Assembly (NCBI RefSeq): GCF_032444005.1
Contig: NC_091291.1
Location: 27,032,001-27,096,000, forward strand
Origin: Ranitomeya imitator
Taxonomy: Eukaryota
DNA length: 64,000 nucleotides
Direction of reading: 5' to 3'
Shown: in pieces, positions 54,990 through 64,000 of the stretch
Numbering within the stretch: position 1 is the stretch's first letter
How the letters are laid out: each line of letters starts with the position of its first letter
Notes under the pieces: model-generated
What the model was told of the DNA's origin: nothing
Seen by the model: the letters and a program-made list of their open reading frames with translations, nothing else
Databases searched by the model: none
Translations under genes and position numbers: made by a program

Positions 54990-57900
54990 ATGAGGAAGTC
55001 TAGTGGAAGAGGTCGTGGCCGGGGGCGTTCATTGTCAGCTGGTAATGAGGGTAGTGGTAGTGGTGGAGCATCAGGTGGTCGTGGGGGAAAAAATATTGCA
55101 CCTAAGTCTGGAGCTGTGGAGCCAGGTTCGTCGTCCGGCTACACAAGGCCTCGAACGCTCCCTTTTCTGGGATTAGGAAAACCGCTTTTAAAGCCGGAGC
55201 AGCAAGAGCAAGTTTTGGCTTATCTTGCTGACTCAGCCTCTAGCTCTTTTGCCTCATCTCGTGAAACTGGTAAAAGTAAAAGCAGCGCGTCGTTAGTGGA
55301 TGTTCACGGTCAGGGACAAGTCACTTCCTTGTCCTCTTCAGCAAAAACAACAACAGAGAAGAATGCAGCAGGCGACACAACGGGTTACTCCATGGAGCTC
55401 TTTACACATACCGTCCCTGGCTTAGAAAGTGAAGCAGTTAACAGTCCATGCCCATTACAAATTGAATCTGACATGGAGTGCACTGACGCACAGCCACAGC
55501 CAGACTACTATGCTGGTCCTTTGACTCAGACCACAACATTGCCCTCGCAGGGTGCTGATCAAGAATCAGACCCTGATGAGACTATGTTGCCCCATCACGA
55601 ACGCTATACCACCGAACGACACGGTGACACAGACGAAGTTGCGCAGGAGGTACAAGAAGAGTTATTAGATGACCCAGTTCTTGACCCCGATTGGCAGCCA
55701 TTGGGGGAACAGGGTGCAGGCGGCAGCAGTTCTGAAGCAGAGGAGGAGGAGGGGCCGCAGCAGGCATCAACATCGCCACAGGTTCCATCTGCCGGGCCCG
55801 TATCTTGCCCAAAACGCGTGGCAAAGCCAAAACCTGGTGGAGGACAGCGTGGCCATCCGGTTAAAGCTCAGTCTGCAATGCCTGAAAAGGTATCCGATGC
55901 TAGAAAGAGTGCAGTCTGGCATTTTTTTAAACAACATCCAATTGATCAGCGCAAAGTCATCTGTCAAAAATGTTCTACTTCCTTAAGCAGAGGTCAGAAT
56001 CTGAAAAGTCTCAATACTAGTTGCATGCATAGACATTTAACCACCATGCATTTGAAAGCTTGGACTAACTACCAAACGTCCCTTAAGGTTGTTGCACCCT
56101 CGGCCAATGAAGCTAGTCATCAACGCAACATCCCTTCCGGCAGTGTAGGACCACCATTTAGCGCACCACCTGCTGTATCTGTGCAGGTATCTTTGCCAGG
56201 CCAAAGCAGTCAGGGTCAGGGAATCACCAGTTTCGTAGTAGGAAACACTGCATCTAGGGCACCGGCGGCAACAATACCATCTCCCACCGTCTCTCAGTCT
56301 GCCATGTCCACCGGCACCCCCGCTAGTTCCACGATCTCCAGCTCTCCAGTCCAGCTCACCCTACATGAGACTATGGTTAGAAAAAGGAAATACTTAGCCT
56401 CGCATCCGCGTACACAGGGTTTGAACGCCCACATAGCTAGACTAATCTCGTTAGAGATGATGCCCTACCGGTTAGTTGAAAGCGAAGCTTTCAAAGACCT
56501 GATGGACTACGCTGTACCACGCTACGAGCTACCCAGTCGACACTTTTTTTCCAGAAAAGCCATCCCAGCCCTCCACCAGCATGTTAAAGAGCGCATCGTC
56601 CATGCACTCAGGCAATCTGTGAGCACAAAGGTGCACCTGACAACAGATGCATGGACCAGTAGGCATGGCCAGGGACGTTACGTGTCCATCACGGCACACT
56701 GGGTAAATGTGGTGGATTCAGGGTCCACAGGGGACAGCAAGTTTGGGACAGTTCTGCCTAGCCCACGGTCTAGTAAACAGTTGTCTGTAGCCGTTCGCAC
56801 CCCCTCCTCCTCCTCCTCCTCGTCCTCCTGCAGAAGCAAGAGCTCGTCCACAGACCGCAGTCGCACAAACACTCCATCCGCACCTGCCACTGTTGCACAC
56901 CAGGTCTCCCATTATGGGGCAGCTACTGGCATACGTCAGCAGGCTGTATTGGCTATGAAGTGTTTGGGCGACAATAGACACACCGCGGAAGTTCTGTCCG
57001 AGTTCTTGCAGCAAGAAACGCAGTCGTGGCTGGGCACTGTAGATCTTGAGGCAGGCAAGGTAGTGAGTGATAACGGAAGGAATTTCATGGCTGCCATCTC
57101 CCTTTCCCAACTGAAACACATTCCTTGCCTGGCTCACACCTTAAACCTGGTGGTGCAGTGCTTCCTGAAAAGTTATCCGGGGTTATCCGACCTGCTCCTC
57201 AAAGTGCGTGGACTTTGCGCACATATCCGCCGTTCGCCTGTACACTCCAGCCGTATGCAGACCTATCAGCGTTCTTTGAACCTTCCCCAGCATCGCCTAA
57301 TCATAGACGTTGCAACAAGGTGGAACTCAACACTGCACATGCTTCAGAGACTGTGCGAACAGAGGCGGGCTGTTATGTTTTTGTGGGAGGATACACATAC
57401 ACGGGCAGGCAGTAGGATGGCAGACATGGAGTTGTCAGGTGTGCAGTGGTCGAAGATTCAAGACATGTGTCAAGTCCTTCAGTGTTTTGAGGAATGCACA
57501 CGGCTGGTTAGTGCAGACAACGCCATAATAAGCATGAGCATCCCCCTAATGCGTCTGCTGATGCAAAGTTTGACGCACATAAAGGATCAGGCGTCTGCAC
57601 CAGAGGAAGAGGAAAGCCTTGATGACAGTCAGCGATTGTCTGGTCAGGGCAGTGTACATGACGAGGTACCGGGCGAAGAGGAGGTGGAGGATGAGGAGGA
57701 TGATGGGGATGAGTATATTTTTAATGAGGAAGCTTTCCCGGGGGCACGGGAAATTGGTGGCGTGGCAAGGCCGGGTTCTGGTTTTTTGAGGGACACAAGT
57801 GACGTAGATTTGCCTGCAACTGCCCCTCAACCAAGCACAACCGCAGATTTGACAACGGGAACTTTGGCCCACATGGCGGATTATGCCTTGCGTATCCTCA

Positions 57901-58565
57901 AAAGGGACACACGCATTACAAAAATGATGAACGATGACGATTACTGGTTGGCCTGCCTCCTTGATCCTCGCTATAAAGGCAAATTGCAAAATATTATGCC
58001 ACATGAGAACTTGGAACTAATATTAGCAACAAAACAATCAACTCTTGTTGACCGTTTGCTTCTGGCATTCCCTGCACACAGCGCCCGTGATCGTTCTCAC
58101 ACGAGCTCCAGGGGCCAGCAGACCAGAGGTGTTAGAGGGGCAGAAATCAGAAGTGGCGTTGGACAGAGGGGTTTTCTGACCAGGTTGTGGAGTGATTTTT
58201 CTATGACCGCAGACAGGACAGGTACTGCAGCATCAATTCAAAGTGACAGGAGACAACATTTGTCCAGTATGGTTACAAACTATTTTTCATCCCTTATCGA
58301 CGTTCTCCCTCAACCGTCATTCCCATTTGATTACTGGGCATCCAAATTAGACACCTGGCCAGAATTGGCAGAATATGCATTGCAGGAGCTTGCTTGCCCG
58401 GCAGCTAGTGTCCTATCAGAAAGAGTATTCAGTGCTGCAGGTTCAATACTAACAGAAAAAAGGACTCGTCTGGCTACCCAAAATGTAGATGATCTAACCT
58501 TCATTAAAATGAACCACAACTGGATTTCAAAATCTTTTGCCCCACCCTGCCCGGCTGACACCTAG
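54990..58565 (+). CDS. hAT transposase with BED zinc finger (1191 aa, intact)
   Basis: BED (WHFF..CQKC..HRHL..H), LTTDAWT, VSDNGRN, CLAHTLNL, DVATRWNST, SERVFS dimerisation domain. Single uninterrupted ORF. Confidence 0.96.
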   Translation: MRKSSGRGRGRGRSLSAGNEGSGSGGASGGRGGKNIAPKSGAVEPGSSSGYTRPRTLPFLGLGKPLLKPEQQEQVLAYLADSASSSFASSRETGKSKSSASLVDVHGQGQVTSLSSSAKTTTEKNAAGDTTGYSMELFTHTVPGLESEAVNSPCPLQIESDMECTDAQPQPDYYAGPLTQTTTLPSQGADQESDPDETMLPHHERYTTERHGDTDEVAQEVQEELLDDPVLDPDWQPLGEQGAGGSSSEAEEEEGPQQASTSPQVPSAGPVSCPKRVAKPKPGGGQRGHPVKAQSAMPEKVSDARKSAVWHFFKQHPIDQRKVICQKCSTSLSRGQNLKSLNTSCMHRHLTTMHLKAWTNYQTSLKVVAPSANEASHQRNIPSGSVGPPFSAPPAVSVQVSLPGQSSQGQGITSFVVGNTASRAPAATIPSPTVSQSAMSTGTPASSTISSSPVQLTLHETMVRKRKYLASHPRTQGLNAHIARLISLEMMPYRLVESEAFKDLMDYAVPRYELPSRHFFSRKAIPALHQHVKERIVHALRQSVSTKVHLTTDAWTSRHGQGRYVSITAHWVNVVDSGSTGDSKFGTVLPSPRSSKQLSVAVRTPSSSSSSSSCRSKSSSTDRSRTNTPSAPATVAHQVSHYGAATGIRQQAVLAMKCLGDNRHTAEVLSEFLQQETQSWLGTVDLEAGKVVSDNGRNFMAAISLSQLKHIPCLAHTLNLVVQCFLKSYPGLSDLLLKVRGLCAHIRRSPVHSSRMQTYQRSLNLPQHRLIIDVATRWNSTLHMLQRLCEQRRAVMFLWEDTHTRAGSRMADMELSGVQWSKIQDMCQVLQCFEECTRLVSADNAIISMSIPLMRLLMQSLTHIKDQASAPEEEESLDDSQRLSGQGSVHDEVPGEEEVEDEEDDGDEYIFNEEAFPGAREIGGVARPGSGFLRDTSDVDLPATAPQPSTTADLTTGTLAHMADYALRILKRDTRITKMMNDDDYWLACLLDPRYKGKLQNIMPHENLELILATKQSTLVDRLLLAFPAHSARDRSHTSSRGQQTRGVRGAEIRSGVGQRGFLTRLWSDFSMTADRTGTAASIQSDRRQHLSSMVTNYFSSLIDVLPQPSFPFDYWASKLDTWPELAEYALQELACPAASVLSERVFSAAGSILTEKRTRLATQNVDDLTFIKMNHNWISKSFAPPCPADT

Positions 58566-59009
58566 CTTTCCTATGAAAAGGTCTTGCCTGTGGACTATTC
58601 TGAATGACTTTTCCAATCTCGTAATTTTCTTCACCTGATTGTCCAGCATACGACATGTTTCCACCTCACGAAATGGCCAAACTCCCCACACGGGGCCGTG
58701 CTATCGCCACTTTGCGCTTGGACCCTTGAGAGTGCTGTTTGTCTGAAGAGGTGGGTGTGGCCGCTTTTGGTCGACGGCACTGCCACTGGGTCCCTCATAG
58801 TACAATAAAGTGTCTCTGGCGGTGGTGGTGCGCACCCAACGTCAGACACACCGTTGTAATATGAGGGGCCCTGTGCCTGTACCGCCGGCCACAAGACAGT
58901 TCCCCCCCCCAGCTCAAACAGTGCTCTACCACTAGCAAAATTATCTCTCACAGCTTCACCAATGTGTAGTCTAGCCGCTGACATCCTTCAATGCCTGGCA
59001 CTGACAATA

Positions 59010-62000
59010 CCATTGTTTTGACATTTTTGTTATGTTAGGCCTTCGAAGCCTGTCTGCGGTCCCTTCTTTCTACAACTACTACACTGACCAGGCCACTGCT
59101 GGCCGTGTTACCCTGGAACCAATTTAAAAGTGCCTACAGTCAGCCCAATTTTGTTATGTTAGGCCTTCGAAGACTGTCTGCCGTCACTCCTTCCACTAGA
59201 CTTCCACTGACCATACACTGCTGCCCATGTACCCCTGGAACCAATTTAAAGTGCCTACAGCCAGCCCAATTTTGTTATGTTAGGCCTTCGAAGCCTGTCT
59301 GCGGTCACTCCTTCCACTAGACTTCCACTGACCAGACCACTGCTGCCCGTGTACCCCTGGAACCAATTTAAAAGTGCCTACAGCCAGCCCAAGTTTGTTA
59401 TGTTAGGCCTTGGAAGCCTGTCTGCGGTCACTCCTTCCACTAGACTTCCACTGACCAGACCACTGCTGCCCGTGTACCCCTGGAACCAATTTAAAAGTGC
59501 CTACAGCCAGCCCAAGTTTGTTATGTTAGGCCTTGGAAGCCTGTCTGCGGTCACTCCTTCCACTAGACTTCCACTGACCAGACCACTGCTGCCCGTGTAC
59601 CCCTGGAACCAATTTAAAAGTGCCTACAGCCAGCCCAAGTTTGTTATGTTAGGCCTTGGAAGCCTGTCTGCGGTCACTCCTTCCACTAGACTTCCACTGA
59701 CCAGACCACTGCTGCCCGTGTACCCCTGGAACCAATTTAAAAGTGCCTACAGCCAGCCCAAGTTTGTTATGTTAGGCCTTCTAAGCCTGTCTGCGGTCCA
59801 TTCTTTCAACTACTACTACACTGACCAGGTCACTGCTGCCCGTGTACCCCTGGAACCAATTTAAAATTGCCTACAGCCAGCCCAATTTTTTTATTTTAGG
59901 CCTTCGATGCCTGTCTGCGGTCCATTCTTTCAACTACTACTACACTGACCAGGTCACTGCTGTCCGTGTACCCCTGGAACCAATTTAAAATTGCCTACAG
60001 CCATGTGTTATTATTTTAGGCCTTCGATGCCTGTCTGCGGTCACTCCTTCCACTAGGCCTCCACTGACCACACCACTGCTGTCCGTGTACCCCTGGAACC
60101 AATTTAAAATTGCCTACAGCCAGCCCAATTTTTTTATTTTAGGCCTTCGATGCCTGTCTGCGGTCCATTCTTTCAACTACTACTACACTGACCAGGTCAC
60201 TGCTGTCCGTGTACCCCTGTAACCAATTTAAAATTGCCTACAGCCATGTGTTATTATTTTAGGCATTCGATGCCTGTCTGCGGTCCATTTTTTCAACTAC
60301 TACTACACTGACCAGGTCACTGCTGCCCGTGTACCCCTGGAACCAATTTAAAATTGCCTACAGCCATGTGTTATTATTTTAGGCCTTCGATGCCTGTCTG
60401 CGGTCACTCCTTCCACTAGGCCTCCACTGACCACACCACTGCTGCCCGTGTACCCCTGGAACCAATTTAAAATTGCCTACAGCCAGCCCAATTTTTTTAT
60501 TTTAGGCCTTCGATGCCTGTCTGCGGTCCATTCTTTCAACTACTACTACACTGACCAGGTCACTGCTGTCCGTGTACCCCTGGAACCAATTTAAAATTGC
60601 CTACAGCCATGTGTTATTATTTTAGGCCTTCGATGCCTGTCTGCGGTCACTCCTTCCACTAGGCCTCCACTGACCACACCACTGCTGTCCGTGTACCCCT
60701 GGAACCAATTTAAAATTGCCTACAGCCATGTGTTATTATTTTAGGCCTTCGATGCCTGTCTGCGGTCACTCCTTCCACTAGGCCTCCACTGACCACACCA
60801 CTGCTGTCCGTGTACCCCTGGAACCAATTTAAAATTGCCTACAGCCAGCCCAATTTTTTTATTTTAGGCCTTCGATGCCTGTCTGCGGTCCATTCTTTCA
60901 ACTACTACTACACTGACCAGGTCACTGCTGTCCGTGTACCCCTGGAACCAATTTAAAATTGCCTATAGCCATGTGTTATTATTTTAGGCCTTCGATGCCT
61001 GTCTGCGGTCACTCCTTCCACTAGGCCTCCACTGACCACACCACTGCTGTCCGTGTACCCCTGGAACCAATTTAAAATTGCCTACAGCCATGTGTTATTA
61101 TTTTAGGCCTTCGATGCCTGTCTGCGGTCACTCCTTCCACTAGGCCTCCACTGACCACACCACTGCTGTCCGTGTACCCCTGGAACCAATTTAAAATTGC
61201 CTACAGCCAGCCCAATTTTTTTATTTTAGGCCTTCGATGCCTGTCTGCGGTCCATTCTTTCAACTACTACTACACTGACCAGGTCACTGCTGTCCGTGTA
61301 CCCCTGGAACCAATTTAAAATTGCCTACAGCCATGTGTTATTATTTTAGGCCTTCGATGCCTGTCTGCGGTCACTCCTTCCACTAGGCCTCCACTGACCA
61401 CACCACTGCTGTCCGTGTACCCCTGGAACCAATTTAAAATTGCCTACAGCCAGCCCAATTTTTTTATTTTAGGCCTTCGATGCCTGTCTGCGGTCCATTC
61501 TTTCAACTACTACTACACTGACCAGGTCACTGCTGTCCGTGTACCCCTGTAACCAATTTAAAATTGCCTACAGCCATGTGTTATTATTTTAGGCATTCGA
61601 TGCCTGTCTGCGGTCCATTTTTTCAACTACTACTACACTGACCAGGTCACTGCTGCCCGTGTACCCCTGGAACCAATTTAAAATTGCCTACAGCCATGTG
61701 TTATTATTTTAGGCCTTCGATGCCTGTCTGCGGTCACTCCTTCCACTAGGCCTCCACTGACCACACCACTGCTGCCCGTGTACCCCTGGAACCAATTTAA
61801 AATTGCCTACAGCCAGCCCAATTTTTTTATTTTAGGCCTTCGATGCCTGTCTGCGGTCCATTCTTTCAACTACTACTACACTGACCAGGTCACTGCTGTC
61901 CGTGTACCCCTGGAACCAATTTAAAATTGCCTACAGCCATGTGTTATTATTTTAGGCCTTCGATGCCTGTCTGCGGTCACTCCTTCCACTAGGCCTCCAC

Positions 62001-63970
62001 TGACCACACCACTGCTGTCCGTGTACCCCTGGAACCAATTTAAAATTGCCTACAGCCATGTGTTATTATTTTAGGCCTTCGATGCCTGTCTGCGGTCACT
62101 CCTTCCACTAGGCCTCCACTGACCACACCACTGCTGTCCGTGTACCCCTGGAACCAATTTAAAATTGCCTACAGCCAGCCCAATTTTTTTATTTTAGGCC
62201 TTCGATGCCTGTCTGCGGTCCATTCTTTCAACTACTACTACACTGACCAGGTCACTGCTGTCCGTGTACCCCTGGAACCAATTTAAAATTGCCTACAGCC
62301 ATGTGTTATTATTTTAGGCCTTCGATGCCTGTCTGCGGTCACTCCTTCCACTAGGCCTCCACTGACCACACCACTGCTGTCCGTGTACCCCTGGAACCAA
62401 TTTAAAATTGCCTACAGCCATGTGTTATTATTTTAGGCCTTCGATGCCTGTCTGCGGTCACTCCTTCCACTAGGCCTCCACTGACCACACCACTGCTGTC
62501 CGTGTACCCCTGGAACCAATTTAAAATTGCCTACAGCCAGCCCAATTTTTTTATTTTAGGCCTTCGATGCCTGTCTGCGGTCCATTCTTTCAACTACTAC
62601 TACACTGACCAGGTCACTGCTGTCCGTGTACCCCTGGAACCAATTTAAAATTGCCTACAGCCATGTGTTATTATTTTAGGCCTTCGATGCCTGTCTGCGG
62701 TCACTCCTTCCACTAGGCCTCCACTGACCACACCACTGCTGTCCGTGTACCCCTGGAACCAATTTAAAATTGCCTACAGCCATGTGTTATTATTTTAGGC
62801 CTTCGATGCCTGTCTGCGGTCACTCCTTCCACTAGGCCTCCACTGACCACACCACTGCTGCCCGTGTACCCCTGGAACCAATTTAAAATTGCCTACAGCC
62901 AGCCCAATTTTTTTATTTTAGGCCTTCGATGCCTGTCTGCGGTCCATTCTTTCAACTACTACTACACTGACCAGGTCACTGCTGTCCGTGTACCCCTGGA
63001 ACCAATTTAAAATTGCCTACAGCCATGTGTTATTATTTTAGGCCTTCGATGCCTGTCTGCGGTCACTCCTTCCACTAGGCCTCCACTGACCACACCACTG
63101 CTGTCCGTGTACCCCTGGAACCAATTTAAAATTGCCTACAGCCATGTGTTATTATTTTAGGCCTTCGATGCCTGTCTGCGGTCACTCCTTCCACTAGGCC
63201 TCCACTGACCACACCACTGCTGTCCGTGTACCCCTGGAACCAATTTAAAATTGCCTACAGCCAGCCCAATTTTTTTATTTTAGGCCTTCGATGCCTGTCT
63301 GCGGTCCATTCTTTCAACTACTACTACACTGACCAGGTCACTGCTGTCCGTGTACCCCTGTAACCAATTTAAAATTGCCTACAGCCATGTGTTATTATTT
63401 TAGGCATTCGATGCCTGTCTGCGGTCCATTTTTTCAACTACTACTACACTGACCAGGTCACTGCTGCCCGTGTACCCCTGGAACCAATTTAAAATTGCCT
63501 ACAGGCATGTGTTATTATTTTAGGCCTTCGATGCCTGTCTGCGGTCACTCCTTCCACTAGGCCTCCACTGACCACACCACTGCTGCCCGTGTACCCCTGG
63601 AACCAATTTAAAATTGCCTACAGCCAGCCCAATTTTTTTATTTTAGGCCTTCGATGCCTGTCTGCGGTCCATTCTTTCAACTACTACTACACTGACCAGG
63701 TCACTGCTGCCCGTGTACCCCTGGAACCAATTTAAAATTGCCTACAGCCATGTGTTATTATTTTAGGCCTTCGATGCCTGTCTGCGGTCACTCCTTCCAC
63801 TAGGCCTCCACTGACCACACCACTGCTGTCCGTGTACCCCTGGAACCAATTTAAAATTGCCTACAGCCATGTGTTATTATTTTAGGCCTTCGATGCCTGT
63901 CTGCGGTCCATTCTTTCAACTACTACTACACTGACCAGGGCACTGCTGGCCGTGTACCCCTGGAACCAAC
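59010..63970. repeat. Right subterminal satellite, 119-124-bp monomers in a 362-bp trimeric higher-order repeat
   Basis: Marker cagcccaattttt at 60121, 60484, 60846, 61208, 61451, 61814, 62176, 62538, 62900, 63262, 63625. Confidence 0.95.
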
Positions 63971-64000
63971 ATCAGAAAATATAAAAATAAGTATTTTGCT

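Larger units (their letters stand above)
51076..64000 (+). mobile_element. Large autonomous hAT transposon (over 12.9 kb; right end beyond window)
   Basis: Left TIR tagggttgagcga at 51076, intact transposase, subterminal tandem arrays on both sides. Confidence 0.88.

Noticed and set aside
59010-63970. CRISPR-like array or repeat-protein gene (59277-59864 ORF)
   Set aside because: The context is eukaryotic, there are no unique spacers or cas genes, and the ORF is a satellite read-through.

Overview
Eukaryotic, TE-rich vertebrate DNA. The repeat families and the gene suggest a frog (inference). The one host gene is a minus-strand, multi-exon P2C-type H+/K+-ATPase alpha subunit. Twenty coding exons (17706 down to 1182, 2900 nt, GT-AG, phases consistent) reconstruct by hand, and the last exons fall left of the window. 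Its ion-site residues are a mosaic of gastric (ATP4A), non-gastric (ATP12A) and Na/K-pump (ATP1A) states, plus an unusual TM8 Asp->Asn. An orphan, still spliceable copy of exon 2 lies upstream at 25815-25949, next to a decayed hAT element whose flanks suggest a rearrangement. The rest is nested mobile DNA. This includes an intact Tc1 (DD34E), an intact 1191-aa hAT transposase between large subterminal satellite arrays (one with a 362-bp higher-order repeat), and hAT, Harbinger and piggyBac-like non-autonomous elements. It also includes L2 LINEs, Helitrons, decayed Copia and chromodomain Gypsy elements, solo LTRs, and a Penelope-like element whose 3' pseudo-LTR holds a minimal hammerhead ribozyme with a compensatory A3-U8 core pair. 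All coordinates were read by hand, and no database search or alignment was run.
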